32,000 nt of DNA from NCBI RefSeq assembly GCF_022788635.1, contig NZ_CP076024.1, positions 3,541,503 to 3,573,502 on the forward strand. Direction: 5' to 3'. Both the position numbers and the translations under genes were made by a program. The DNA is from Methylobacter sp. S3L5C. GTDB lineage: Bacteria > Pseudomonadota > Gammaproteobacteria > Methylococcales > Methylomonadaceae. Under the pieces are notes generated by a model, which worked only from the letters and a program-made list of their open reading frames with translations, had not been told where the DNA came from and searched no databases. Positions 1 to 10,177 of this stretch are shown piece after piece (position 1 is the first letter of the stretch; each line of letters begins with the position of its first letter).

Positions 1-2949
1 GAAATTCGGGATGAAGGCGCAACCGGAAGAGGTTCGGCGACAAAAGCTGGCTTAACCGGATTTTCCGTATCGCATTTAAAAATCCCCGGATTTATTCAAC
101 CGTGGGAACAAGATAATGGTAAGCCGGAACGCATTGCTTCAGCTTTAGACATTATGCTCGAAGGCCCCTTAGGCGGTGCAGCTTTTAATAATGAATTTGG
201 AAGGCCCAATATCGCCGGCTATTTTCGTAGTTTTGAACAACCTGCACCCGGTAGTAACGGTCATGAATTTAAGGGCTACCACAAACCCATTATGATTGCC
301 GGTGGCATGGGTAATATTCGCCCGATGCTGGTCGATAAACACCCTATTCCTGCCGGTTCCTTAATCATCATATTAGGCGGCCCGGCCATGCTCATTGGTT
401 TGGGTGGTGGAGCAGCGTCATCACAAGCATCCGGTGCCGGTTGTGAAAACCTTGATTTTGCCTCGGTACAACGCGAAAATCCTGAAATGGAACGTCGCTG
501 TCAGGAAGTGATTAACCACTGTAATTCGATGGGTAACGACACCCCCATTATTTCTATCCATGATATTGGTGCGGGTGGCTTATCCAATGCCGTCCCTGAA
601 ATTATCCATGACTGCAAACGTGGTGGACAGTTTGAATTACGAAATGTCCACAATGCCGATAAAGGCATGTCACCCATGCAAATCTGGTGCAATGAAGCGC
701 AAGAACGTTATGTGGTTGCTATCAAACCTGAATCATTACCGCTGTTTAGCGCTTTTTGTGAGCGCGAGCATTGCTTGCATGCCGTTATAGGTATCGCCAC
801 CGAACAAGAGCATCTGTTGCTTAATGACGCCTTGTTAGGCGACAAACCGGTTGATATCCCGATGTCAATATTGTTTGGCAAACCACCCAAACTGCACAGG
901 AATACCCAACATATAAAACCGGCTACCAAGGTACTGGACTTTAGTGGCGTGGCTCTACAAGAAGCCGTTGAACGGGTATTGGCTTTTCCTGCAGTCGCTG
1001 ATAAAAGCTTTCTCATTCATATCGGTGACCGTTCAGTAACGGGACTGGTCGCACGCGATCAAATGGCTGGTCCTTGGCAAGTCCCGGTGGCTGATGTTGC
1101 CGTCACGGCATCCGGTTTTTATGCTTTAACCGGTGAAGCCATGGCAATGGGTGAACGTTCACCGATTGCTGTAATTGATGCCCCCGCGTCCGGTCGTATG
1201 GCGATCGGCGAGGCTATAACCAATCTGGCTGCGGCCCGGATAAAATCACTCAATAAAATCAAAATATCTGCCAACTGGATGGCAGCGGCGGGTTTTCAAG
1301 GTGAAGACGCCGCGTTATTTGATACCGTTAAAACAGTCGGCATGGAATTATGCCCGGCACTGGGCATTGCCATACCGGTCGGTAAGGATTCATTGTCGAT
1401 GAAAACCGTGTGGAAAGATAACACCGACGAAAAAGTCATGACGTCACCGTTATCGCTGGTTGTTACCGCATTTGCTCCCGTCATTGATGTCAGTAAAACC
1501 CTGACTCCCCAGATGCAGGATATTGAAGATAGCGTATTAATTTTAATTGATTTGGGTGCAGGTAAAAATCGTTTGGGTGCTTCGGTACTGGCGCAGGTTT
1601 ATAACCAAATGGGTGATGACTGCCCCGATTTGGATGACCCGGAATTATTGAAAGACTTCTTTAATGCTATTCAATCACTCAATAGCCAAGGAAAATTGCT
1701 GTCCTATCATGACCGTTCAGACGGCGGCTTATTAACGACCGTAGCTGAAATGATGTTTGCCAGCCGATTGGGCGTTTCCTTGTCAATTGATGAACTGGGC
1801 GATAACGCTCTGTCTGCCTTGTTTAATGAAGAACTAGGCGCAGTAGTGCAAATCCATGCCAGCGATTGTGAGCAGGTAATTGATTTATTACAGCAATCAG
1901 GCCTAAAAAATTGTACTTTCGTTATAGGTAAAGTGCTAAAAGCACCACAATTAACCATCAATTTTAAAGATAATCCGGTTTATTCTGCCAGCCGTGCCGA
2001 ATTGCAAACCATCTGGTCAGAAGTCAGTTACCGGATGCAGGCTTTGCGTGATAATCCTGATTGTGCGAAACAACAGTTTGATCGTATTACCGATGATAAT
2101 GATCCCGGCTTAACAGCAACCTTAACGTTTGACGTTAATGAGGATATCACCGCACCGTTTGCATCAACGTTAAGACCCAAGGTTGCCATCTTGCGTGAAC
2201 AAGGCGTCAATGGTCATGTAGAAATGGCAGCGGCGTTTGATCGGGCAGGTTTTACCAGCATTGATGTACACATGACTGATATTATTCATGGACGGGTAAG
2301 TTTGCGTGATTTTACCGGACTGGTTGCCTGCGGTGGTTTTTCTTATGGCGATGTACTCGGTGCGGGTGGTGGCTGGGCTAAATCCATTCTTTTTAATCCG
2401 CTCGCCAGAGCAGAATTTGCGGCATTTTTTCAACGCCCTGATACCTTTGGCCTGGGGGTCTGTAACGGTTGTCAGATGATGTCAGGCTTAAAAGAAATAA
2501 TTCCTGGAGCCGAGCATTGGCCACGCTTTATGCGCAATACCTCGGAACAATTTGAAGCCAGAGTGGCAATGGTTGAAGTACAAAAATCACCGTCCATTTT
2601 ATTGGTCGGTATGGAAGGTTCCAGAATGCCGGTTGCCATTGCCCATGGCGAAGGTCGCGCAGAGTTTATTGGCGATCCTCAGACAGCACTTGATGCACAA
2701 GCCGTCGCCTTGTGTTATGTTGACAACTATGGCGCAGTAACGACTGATTTTCCTGCCAATCCTAATGGCTCGCCTTTAGGCATAACCGGATTAACGACCA
2801 GTAATGGACGCTTTACTATTATGATGCCTCACCCCGAACGCTGCTTTAGAACACTGCAAAATTCATGGCATCCTGATAATTGGAGCGAGTATGGTGCGTG
2901 GATGCGGATGTTTAGAAATGCCAAGGTTTGGACGCAAAGCTTAAAATGA
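1..2949 (+). CDS. purL: Phosphoribosylformylglycinamidine (FGAM) synthase, large single-chain form; 5' end lies outside the window
   Basis: Frame 1 is open from base 1 ([31 protein letters not shown]...), so the Met at 154 in the ORF track is internal. The translation has AIR-synthase-like repeats and a C-terminal glutamine amidotransferase domain (GVCNGCQMM nucleophile, MMPHPER). Stop at 2947-2949. Confidence 0.95.
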   Translation, partial: EIRDEGATGRGSATKAGLTGFSVSHLKIPGFIQPWEQDNGKPERIASALDIMLEGPLGGAAFNNEFGRPNIAGYFRSFEQPAPGSNGHEFKGYHKPIMIAGGMGNIRPMLVDKHPIPAGSLIIILGGPAMLIGLGGGAASSQASGAGCENLDFASVQRENPEMERRCQEVINHCNSMGNDTPIISIHDIGAGGLSNAVPEIIHDCKRGGQFELRNVHNADKGMSPMQIWCNEAQERYVVAIKPESLPLFSAFCEREHCLHAVIGIATEQEHLLLNDALLGDKPVDIPMSILFGKPPKLHRNTQHIKPATKVLDFSGVALQEAVERVLAFPAVADKSFLIHIGDRSVTGLVARDQMAGPWQVPVADVAVTASGFYALTGEAMAMGERSPIAVIDAPASGRMAIGEAITNLAAARIKSLNKIKISANWMAAAGFQGEDAALFDTVKTVGMELCPALGIAIPVGKDSLSMKTVWKDNTDEKVMTSPLSLVVTAFAPVIDVSKTLTPQMQDIEDSVLILIDLGAGKNRLGASVLAQVYNQMGDDCPDLDDPELLKDFFNAIQSLNSQGKLLSYHDRSDGGLLTTVAEMMFASRLGVSLSIDELGDNALSALFNEELGAVVQIHASDCEQVIDLLQQSGLKNCTFVIGKVLKAPQLTINFKDNPVYSASRAELQTIWSEVSYRMQALRDNPDCAKQQFDRITDDNDPGLTATLTFDVNEDITAPFASTLRPKVAILREQGVNGHVEMAAAFDRAGFTSIDVHMTDIIHGRVSLRDFTGLVACGGFSYGDVLGAGGGWAKSILFNPLARAEFAAFFQRPDTFGLGVCNGCQMMSGLKEIIPGAEHWPRFMRNTSEQFEARVAMVEVQKSPSILLVGMEGSRMPVAIAHGEGRAEFIGDPQTALDAQAVALCYVDNYGAVTTDFPANPNGSPLGITGLTTSNGRFTIMMPHPERCFRTLQNSWHPDNWSEYGAWMRMFRNAKVWTQSLK

Positions 2950-2956
2950 AACTAAT

Positions 2957-2990
2957 AAGGGGCAAGTTGTTTTTAGCTTCGCCCCTTTTA
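2957..2990 (+). terminator. Candidate rho-independent terminator after purL
   Basis: AAGGGGC(AAG) at 2957-2966 pairs with (CTT)cGCCCCTT at 2977-2987 and is followed by a short T run (2986-2989). The stem is imperfect and the T tract is short. Confidence 0.4.
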
Positions 2991-3010
2991 AATCACAGGC
3001 AGGATGACAA

Positions 3011-3448
3011 ATGCTTTTAACCTCTAATCGAAAGGTTCTTTACGGCTTGATTCTCATCGGCATTGTCATAATAATAACAATGCCTGATGTGATTATCGGA
3101 TTATTATTTGGGGTAGTCCATTTTTTCTTTGAGTTACTATTTATCTCGTTTGAATGGCTTGAATCCCTATTGGATCATGTCGTCGAACACTTACTTCATA
3201 CTGAACTCCACGAAACTCAAACCATTGTTTTCTATTTGCTGGTCGGCATTGCCGGAATACCGCTTTATTATCTCTGGATCACGCTGCGGCGGTTTTTTTA
3301 TTGGTTAAAAAAAACGCTCCCGGTAATATGGACACAATGCAAAACTCACACAATTGTTTACTGGCAAGACTTGTCGTTAATCGACAAAGTAAAAGTACTT
3401 TTCATTACGGTGATCGTAATTTATTTAGCCTCTTTTATATTCATGTAA
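3011..3448 (+). CDS. Hypothetical small integral membrane protein
   Basis: 145-aa ORF with several long hydrophobic segments (LILIGIVIIITMP, IVFYLLVGIAGIPLYYLWI, VLFITVIVIYLASFIFM). I did not recognise a family. Confidence 0.55.
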   Translation: MLLTSNRKVLYGLILIGIVIIITMPDVIIGLLFGVVHFFFELLFISFEWLESLLDHVVEHLLHTELHETQTIVFYLLVGIAGIPLYYLWITLRRFFYWLKKTLPVIWTQCKTHTIVYWQDLSLIDKVKVLFITVIVIYLASFIFM

Positions 3449-3497
3449 TATAGAAAATCTGTTCATATAAACTGCACCCGACCTGCCCTACCACTAT

Positions 3498-3962
3498 TTA
3501 TTTCTCAGTCCACGGCATAATCGGAACAGTAGAGATACTATTTGCCGGTGCACCTTCAATCAATTTTCGACTAATAGCCACATAAATCAAGGTGTTACGG
3601 TTAGCATCAAACAAACGACTGACTTTGGTTTCTTTAAAAAACAGCGAGGTATCTTCGCTAAAGGCTGTTTCTTCTTTCGGCAACTTTCCATCAATAATAA
3701 TGGGACCGACCTGACGGCAGGCAATAGAAAATTGCGAAGGATCTTCAGCGACGCCAAATGCCCCGGCAATACCCCCGGTACGAGCTTGGCTAATATGACA
3801 AGCAACGCCTTTTACCTTGGGATCATCAAAGGCCTGCACGCAGACTTTGTGATTTGATCCAATCAATTTCCACGATGTAGTAATACAGCCAATTTCTTCT
3901 GACTGCGCGGAAGGTGTCAAGAAAACAAGTAATAATGAGCTATACGTCAGTATTTTTTTCAT
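3498..3962 (-). CDS. creA: CreA family periplasmic protein
   Basis: Signal-peptide-like N-terminus (MKKILTYSSLLLVFLTPSAQS), then EEIGCITTSWKLIGSNHKVCVQAFDDPKVKGVACHISQARTGGI...CRQVGPI...ISTVPIMPW, which closely parallels E. coli CreA. The start is probably the third ATG (3962), not the ORF-track start at 3977. Confidence 0.85.
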   Translation of the reverse strand: MKKILTYSSLLLVFLTPSAQSEEIGCITTSWKLIGSNHKVCVQAFDDPKVKGVACHISQARTGGIAGAFGVAEDPSQFSIACRQVGPIIIDGKLPKEETAFSEDTSLFFKETKVSRLFDANRNTLIYVAISRKLIEGAPANSISTVPIMPWTEK

Positions 3963-3985
3963 AGAAATTTCCATCATATTTATTT

Positions 3986-5560
3986 TTAGTGGTTTGTTGG
4001 CATGCAGTTAAACAAGCTATCCAACGCTTTATCGCTTTCGGTATTAACCGTTATTACATTAATTTGTTCTTCAGCGGACAGAACTTCTGCCCATTGCAGT
4101 TGATGGAGTAATACATCAGTCGTCGCTTCTGAGGCATCATTTTGTCGTTGTTTTATACGCCGACATAACGCTTCTGTAGATGCCTTAAAATCAACAATAA
4201 TAAATCGTACGCCACATTCTGCGGCAAGATTTTTAAATAAGTCGCGCTGATCAGCTTTAAGAAAAGCTGCATCAACAATGGCAGAGAAACCTGCTTTAAT
4301 GACATTTTTTGCACAACCGGCAAGATGCAGATAAGTTTTATGTCCGGCCTCCCGGGTATAAAGCCCGCTATCAAGATCACTCCCGGTATCTGACTGTGCC
4401 TGATAGCCAAATAAGCGTTTACGTTCTATATCTGAACGTATTTGCAAAGCCCCCATTTTTTCGGCAAGCTGACCGGCATAAGTAGATTTACCGGAGCCTG
4501 AATAGCCATGAGTAATGATTAAAACCACCGGCTTTACCGTAGTAAATCGCTCGGCCAGAGTAACAAACTCAAGGTATTTTAAACAAGGCTGATTACAGAC
4601 AGGATCATTTAATTGCTGGGCATTGCGCAACAATGAAACTTTGGCGCACACCAGCGCACGGTAAACCAGATAGTATCGCAATAAAGCCAGTCCCTGATAA
4701 TCACCGGAATGTTGCAGATAATGGTTGAGTAATCGGTAAGCGTAACACTCATAGCCAACGTGCAGTAGATCAATCACCAGAAAAGCGAGCTCACTGATGA
4801 CATCAATCCAGCGTAGCAGCGGATTAAACTCGATACAATCAAACAGCGTTACCTTGCCGTTGATAAGCGTCATGTTACTTAAATGCAAATCACCGTGACA
4901 TTCGCGGATATAGCCTTGCCCCCTGCGTAGCTCCATTAATTCGGCTTTATCATGCCATTCATCATTACCCCAAGTCTCGATAACCTGGAGTTGCTGTTTT
5001 TGTTTTTCATCGACCAGCAAGGGCCTTATATGATCAAAATTCTCGTTAAACCAATGTTTGATACCTTCACTTTGACCATAGGGAGAGGCAATATCAGCTT
5101 TTTCGATAACATCATGAAAATCAGCAACAATACCGGTAATTTGATCGATTTCATTTACAGTTAATTGCCCACTTTCGGCAAGCTCACTTAAGGTAAATCC
5201 TGCGGGAAATTGAAGCATCTTAACGGCGTATTCAATAACCGCCCCTCTTCCTTCCATGGTTGGCTGATCGGGACTACCGGTTATTGCAACCACATCAAGA
5301 TATAAATCGGGCGCCAATCGCCGGTTAAGGCGTATTTCTTCATGACAAAAAAACCGGCGTTTCTCTAACGTAGAAAAATCCAGAAAGCCAAAGTTAACCG
5401 GTTTCTTGATTTTATAGGCATATTTCCCGGTTAACAGCACCCAGGAAATATGTGTTTCAACCAGATTAAAAGCTGTTATTTTATGCTGATATGCACTGGC
5501 CTCAGACAAAGCCTTAATCAAGGCAATACTACTATCCAGTCGGGTTTTATTGTTATCCAT
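3986..5560 (-). CDS. Two-domain protein: N-terminal aminoglycoside-phosphotransferase-like (APH/ePK-fold) kinase domain plus C-terminal P-loop kinase (AAA_33-like) domain
   Basis: Kinase catalytic-loop pattern HGDLHLSNM followed by LFDCIEF. C-terminal Walker A in ITHGYSGSGKSTYAG. 524-aa ORF starting 12 nt downstream of the preceding gene's stop. Confidence 0.8.
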   Translation of the reverse strand: MDNNKTRLDSSIALIKALSEASAYQHKITAFNLVETHISWVLLTGKYAYKIKKPVNFGFLDFSTLEKRRFFCHEEIRLNRRLAPDLYLDVVAITGSPDQPTMEGRGAVIEYAVKMLQFPAGFTLSELAESGQLTVNEIDQITGIVADFHDVIEKADIASPYGQSEGIKHWFNENFDHIRPLLVDEKQKQQLQVIETWGNDEWHDKAELMELRRGQGYIRECHGDLHLSNMTLINGKVTLFDCIEFNPLLRWIDVISELAFLVIDLLHVGYECYAYRLLNHYLQHSGDYQGLALLRYYLVYRALVCAKVSLLRNAQQLNDPVCNQPCLKYLEFVTLAERFTTVKPVVLIITHGYSGSGKSTYAGQLAEKMGALQIRSDIERKRLFGYQAQSDTGSDLDSGLYTREAGHKTYLHLAGCAKNVIKAGFSAIVDAAFLKADQRDLFKNLAAECGVRFIIVDFKASTEALCRRIKQRQNDASEATTDVLLHQLQWAEVLSAEEQINVITVNTESDKALDSLFNCMPTNH

Positions 5561-5572
5561 ATTAGCGTCAAA

Positions 5573-6136
5573 CTATTGAAAATACTCAGTCAGATCATCA
5601 TTAATAGCGTCAAGATCAAACTCTTCGGGATCAAACTCCCCGCCTAACCATTCCAGCGTATCTTCATACTCAGCATGTTTGGGATCTAAAACTATTGCAA
5701 TAAGCTCTTCATACCCCCAGATACCACCACAATCTTCTGGTGGACAGGCACGCTTACCTTTAAGGCAAACAGGCAAGGCAATTTCAGTATCAAAAGGCAG
5801 TATTTTTTCGAGCAGTATTTTGTGTTCCCAGCTATCCCCAAAATCATATTCATAAATCAGGGAATCCTTTTCCTTTGTTAACAATTGCGCCAACGTGTAT
5901 TGTGTCTCGTCTTCCGTTTCCAGATCATAATCTCCATCGGGGACACTATAAAATGTTTTATTGGCAATAAATTGGTGTAAATGACTGTTGGTCCAGCCCA
6001 TTACAACCTGAATGACATCATGAAAGGCAGATAAACCTATATCACTGGCAACTAAAACAGTACGCCAAATGGGCGGTTTGGCACCCATCAATGAAATTTT
6101 TATTTGATAAATAACCCTTGATTGCTTCGTTGCCAT
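5573..6136 (-). CDS. pRiA4b ORF-3 / MM3350-like domain protein (function unknown)
   Basis: The N-terminus IYQIKISLMGAKPPIWRTVLV...FHDVIQVVMGWTNSHLHQF...YEYDFGDSWEH is the characteristic pattern of the PRiA4_ORF3 family. It is followed by a Cys-containing segment (CLKGKRACPPEDCGG). Confidence 0.7.
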   Translation of the reverse strand: MATKQSRVIYQIKISLMGAKPPIWRTVLVASDIGLSAFHDVIQVVMGWTNSHLHQFIANKTFYSVPDGDYDLETEDETQYTLAQLLTKEKDSLIYEYDFGDSWEHKILLEKILPFDTEIALPVCLKGKRACPPEDCGGIWGYEELIAIVLDPKHAEYEDTLEWLGGEFDPEEFDLDAINDDLTEYFQ

Positions 6137-6454
6137 TTTAATAACTCCGTCAAAATATAAATTTATTGATATTATTTACACAAGCATACTAAGGTGACTC
6201 CTAAAAGGGTTAAGTTTACCTGATACTTAATTTGTAAATAATTACCAACATTTAATGTTATGATTTTATTGCATTATTACTATAATAACAACAATATATC
6301 AATCTAATAATGTAAATAAAAAACTACATTTCTATAAAATTCTTTACAAAAAGTTATTAAGTAGCGTGTGCGTTAAATAATCCATGACTCATAGATGCAT
6401 AAAATAAATTAGCAGCTAAACCCATCAATATTATTTATTATGAATTTATCTATT

Positions 6455-8203
6455 CTAAAAGGTCAGTTCGTCTGTTAATTTTTTCTTTAAAAGTTCCACA
6501 CGTTCTTCAACAAAATCTGGAAAATCTTTAAGATCAAGCTTCTTTGGTAAATAATGCTTTTTCATTGATGGATTAGCTTCTAAAACCCAAACATTTAAGT
6601 CTTTTGCACCTTTAGATTTATTTTCATTCTCATCAAGCATTTGTAAATTAATAACTGAATTAAAGTAGCTTGGATCTGTATAGTATTCTCTATTATTATC
6701 GTCTAAAGTTACTCCTTTTGATTTTAGCTTCTTCTTATCAAAATGCGATAATGGATGACAATGGTCAAGATTAAAGTCTCTATTCTTATAATCGAGGTGT
6801 GGAAATAATAATGCTAATACCGCGAAAGCATATCTATTATCTTTACTTGTAAATAACAAGCTTTCAACAAACTCTTCATCAACCGAGATACTTTTATTAG
6901 TTTTGGAAAGCCTTAATGCTATTTGTTTAGCAGGAAAAATATCAATCCCTTTTACTAATTCTTTTTTAATAGTATCCCTGATTGTTTTTAAAACTCCCTC
7001 TGCTTGCCCACCAAATATTTGATGTAATAAAACAACATGCAACCATCTCTTAATTATTGCTCTATCATTTTTATATGCTGTTTTTTTACAAAAATTATTC
7101 ACTCTCCCATTTTTATAAAGATAATAAACAATTGGAAGCACAGAATTCAACGAAGTTAGTGTCTTAGTTGTATATCCAAAGTCCGTTACTAACTGAAAAG
7201 ATTCTTTAATTGCACTTTTAATTTCATTCCAGTTAGTTTCAAATTCTTTTGCATTTTTTACACTAAAGTTATCAACTCGAAACTTAATATCATCATTGTA
7301 TAAAACCAAATATGTTCTCAAAATAAAATCTTTGTTAACCAAAAATCCAAATTCTTTGATTAGTTCATCAACAAGCCCATTAATTTCTTTCTTAGCATCT
7401 AAATTCATCCAACCTGAAATCGTTGTTGACATAACTAAATCAGAGTAACTTAGTGTTACGCCTCCTGAATTAATGCGTATAAAAATATTTAATGCTCTCG
7501 TGTAATCTGCGCTCTGCTCAAGATAGTAATGTATTAATTTTTCGATATGTACCATATCATGAAGTCTGCTTAAAATTTCTAGCGACTCACCATTTTCTAT
7601 ATTATTTTTTTTACAATAACTATTTAGTTGAGATAGCCCTCTGATATCTAATATTTCGCTAATCTTAAACCATTTTTTATTACTATTAACTTCGGCAGCT
7701 TCCTTTGGCTTAAGAAAAGAAAAATCATATTTTTTTTCATCGTCACTATCATCTAAATTATTTTTTTCATTTTTCTTGTAAAATAAATTTAAATAAAGGT
7801 ATCTTGTTTGCACTGAGTATTCATTGTCATTCCAAGCAAGGTTATATCCGTGGTAGGCATATGAACCTTTTAATCCTAAGTATAATGCCGTAAGTCTTTG
7901 CTGCCCATCAAGAATAACTTCAAAGCTTGGAATACCTATTGTTGATATCTCTTCTGAACGTATTAAGTACCGCTCTCTATATTTTCTTAATATTCCATAA
8001 AATCTTTGATTTTGAGTATTTCTCCCATCAACACTCCAAAGAAGCATTGAGCCAATTGGATAACCCTGCATTAAAGAATCAAAGAGTTTTTCAATTTTAC
8101 TATGCGTCCAAACAAAATCTCTTTGTATGGCAGGGAGTAAATATTGGTTGTAATCGATTTTTTGTAAAGCATCTGCAACAGACAGTGGAGGGAAAAATGA
8201 CAT
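6455..8203 (-). CDS. DUF262 + DUF1524 (GmrSD/BrxU-like) putative type IV restriction endonuclease
   Basis: N-terminal DUF262 motifs LPAIQRDFVW...LFDSLMQGYPIGSMLLW and ILDGQQRLTALYLG. C-terminal His-Me finger-like DUF1524 pattern NLDHCHPLSHF...VINLQMLDENENKSKG. The gene is very AT-rich (spot count 17/60 G+C at 7681-7740). Confidence 0.8.
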   Translation of the reverse strand: MSFFPPLSVADALQKIDYNQYLLPAIQRDFVWTHSKIEKLFDSLMQGYPIGSMLLWSVDGRNTQNQRFYGILRKYRERYLIRSEEISTIGIPSFEVILDGQQRLTALYLGLKGSYAYHGYNLAWNDNEYSVQTRYLYLNLFYKKNEKNNLDDSDDEKKYDFSFLKPKEAAEVNSNKKWFKISEILDIRGLSQLNSYCKKNNIENGESLEILSRLHDMVHIEKLIHYYLEQSADYTRALNIFIRINSGGVTLSYSDLVMSTTISGWMNLDAKKEINGLVDELIKEFGFLVNKDFILRTYLVLYNDDIKFRVDNFSVKNAKEFETNWNEIKSAIKESFQLVTDFGYTTKTLTSLNSVLPIVYYLYKNGRVNNFCKKTAYKNDRAIIKRWLHVVLLHQIFGGQAEGVLKTIRDTIKKELVKGIDIFPAKQIALRLSKTNKSISVDEEFVESLLFTSKDNRYAFAVLALLFPHLDYKNRDFNLDHCHPLSHFDKKKLKSKGVTLDDNNREYYTDPSYFNSVINLQMLDENENKSKGAKDLNVWVLEANPSMKKHYLPKKLDLKDFPDFVEERVELLKKKLTDELTF

Positions 8204-8311
8204 TTTAAATTATATTATTATATTAGTTGAAAAATAAAAACGCTGTTAGCGCCGACTGAAACCGAGTTCTAGAGCGTTCTAGAGCATTAAAAATAACCCT
8301 ACCCATATTTA

Positions 8312-8650
8312 CTACCGACATTCCGTACCTTTGCACATTACGATTAGGGTAGTAAGCCGCTGCTGGCCATCTATGATATTTAGACGGAGGTCTTTCTCTC
8401 TGTCTTGTTGGTGCAGGATAATGCTACCCAGATAAAACGGATGAGAAGCTGGCTGCAAACCTGTTGCTGGTTTAAAGTATCTGCGCAGATCATCCAGCAA
8501 GCATTGAAGCTGAGATGCCCTCCAACGATAGGGGCGCTGATATTCTGGCAGGTGGAGAGAGCCCTGAATCTGCGCGCCATCACTGGCTATAATACTCGGT
8601 TCACCAGCAAACAACTCGGCCAGCGAACAGCTGGCAACAATAATACTCAT
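8312..8650 (-). pseudogene. Truncated DUF262 gene remnant (N-terminal 112 codons only)
   Basis: Encodes LPEYQRPYRWRASQLQCLLDDL...FYLGSIILHQ...IIDGQQRLTTL and stops a few codons later. Intact DUF262 proteins continue for several hundred residues. It has an SD-like AAGGA upstream of its ATG and lies 69 nt after the hsdM stop. Confidence 0.6.
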
Positions 8651-8719
8651 CTCAACCTTTCCTTAAATCTTTGAATAGAGCGAATCAAGCAGCTTGAATC
8701 TTCGGAAAATATTCAACCT

Positions 8720-10177
8720 TTATGGTTTAAGTCCAACCGCTAGATCCCGGAAGGAGGCAAGCGCAGCTTCAAGGTGCTCAATGATTTCCTGCTGTAAAAC
8801 ATACGGAGGCGGCAGATCATCAAGATTGTCGAGAGTGTCATCCTTGTGCCAAAAAATATCCAGACTGGCTTTATCACGGGTTATTAATTCGCTATAGGTG
8901 AAGTATTTGAATCGTTCGGCTTCCTTACGCTCATGCCGATTTTCAGGGTTGTAGCAGGTTATAAAATCCCGCAAATCATCGAGCTTCAGGGTTTTTGTTT
9001 TCAGCGTGAAATGCTTGTTAGTGCGCAGGTCATATATCCACACACCTTTAGTATGCACCTTACCGTCTTTTGGTTTAGCGTCGAAAAACAGCACATTCGC
9101 CTTCACGCCTTGGGCATAAAATATGCCGGTGGGTAAACGCAGCAAGGTGTGTACGTCGCAGTTCTCCAGCAATTTTTTGCGAATTTTCTCGCCCGCTCCG
9201 CCTTCAAATAACACATTGTCCGGCAATACAACGGCGGCTTGGCCTGTGTCTTTGAGGATGGTGACGATGTGCTGCAGAAAGTTAAGCTGTTTGTTGGATG
9301 TGGTTTCCCAAAAATCCTGCCGCTCGTAAGTTAACGCGTCTTTGTCTTCCTCGCCTTCCTCATTGGTAATGGTCATGCTGCTCTTCTTACCGAATGGAGG
9401 ATTCGCTAACACGTAATCGAAACGTTTACCCGGATCACCAATCAACGCATCGGCACGCTCCACGGAAGGCTCGCCATCGAGTTCGCCGATATTATGCAAA
9501 AACAAATTCATCAAACACATGCGCCGAGTGTTGGGCACGATTTCATTGCCTTGGAAAGTGTTATGCCGCAGAAACTCTTTTTGTTTTTTATCCAGCGTGT
9601 TGCCAGAGCGGGTTAACCAATTGTAAGCACCCAGAAAAAACCCGCCGGTACCGCAGGCAGGATCTGCAATTGATTTCATCGGTTCGGGACGCACGCATTC
9701 CACCATCGCCTGAATCAGTGCGCGCGGCGTAAAGTATTGGCCCGCACCGCTCTTGGTATCCTCGGCATTCTTTTGCAGCAAACCTTCGTACAAATCGCCC
9801 TTGGTATCGGCATCCATACCCACCCAGCTTTCAGCATCAATCATCTGCACCAGTCGAGATAACTTGGCCGGGTCTTGAATCTTGTTTTGCGCCTTGAAGA
9901 AGATTGCGCCCAACATACCCGGCCCAGTGCCTAGCTTGTGTAGTGTCGCTAGATAATGCGCTTCCAGCGGTTCACCCACCTTACTGCGTAAACTGGCCCA
10001 GTCATAACCTTCTGGAATATGGGTATCGCGGTTGTACGGTTCTTGCGCGTACTCATGCGCCATCTTCAAAAACAGTAAATAAGTAAGTTGCTCCAGATAG
10101 TCGCCATAGCCCACGCCGTCGTCGCGAAGAGTGTGACAAAAGTTCCAGACTTTCTGAATCAGGGTGCTTGTATTCAT
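8720..10177 (-). CDS. hsdM: Type I restriction-modification system DNA methyltransferase subunit M
   Basis: HsdM N-terminal pattern (IQKVWNFCHTLRDDGVGYGDYLEQLTYLLFLKM), AdoMet motif I ADPACGTGGF and catalytic motif IV NPPFG. The likely start is the ATG at 10175-10177, which overlaps the upstream TGA (ATGA). The ORF-track start at 10195 is a TTG extension. Confidence 0.93.
   Translation of the reverse strand: MNTSTLIQKVWNFCHTLRDDGVGYGDYLEQLTYLLFLKMAHEYAQEPYNRDTHIPEGYDWASLRSKVGEPLEAHYLATLHKLGTGPGMLGAIFFKAQNKIQDPAKLSRLVQMIDAESWVGMDADTKGDLYEGLLQKNAEDTKSGAGQYFTPRALIQAMVECVRPEPMKSIADPACGTGGFFLGAYNWLTRSGNTLDKKQKEFLRHNTFQGNEIVPNTRRMCLMNLFLHNIGELDGEPSVERADALIGDPGKRFDYVLANPPFGKKSSMTITNEEGEEDKDALTYERQDFWETTSNKQLNFLQHIVTILKDTGQAAVVLPDNVLFEGGAGEKIRKKLLENCDVHTLLRLPTGIFYAQGVKANVLFFDAKPKDGKVHTKGVWIYDLRTNKHFTLKTKTLKLDDLRDFITCYNPENRHERKEAERFKYFTYSELITRDKASLDIFWHKDDTLDNLDDLPPPYVLQQEIIEHLEAALASFRDLAVGLKP

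Noticed and set aside
3587-3805. 72-aa ORF on the same strand as creA, in a different reading frame
   Set aside because: It lies fully inside the well-supported creA coding region in another frame, and no independent evidence supports it.
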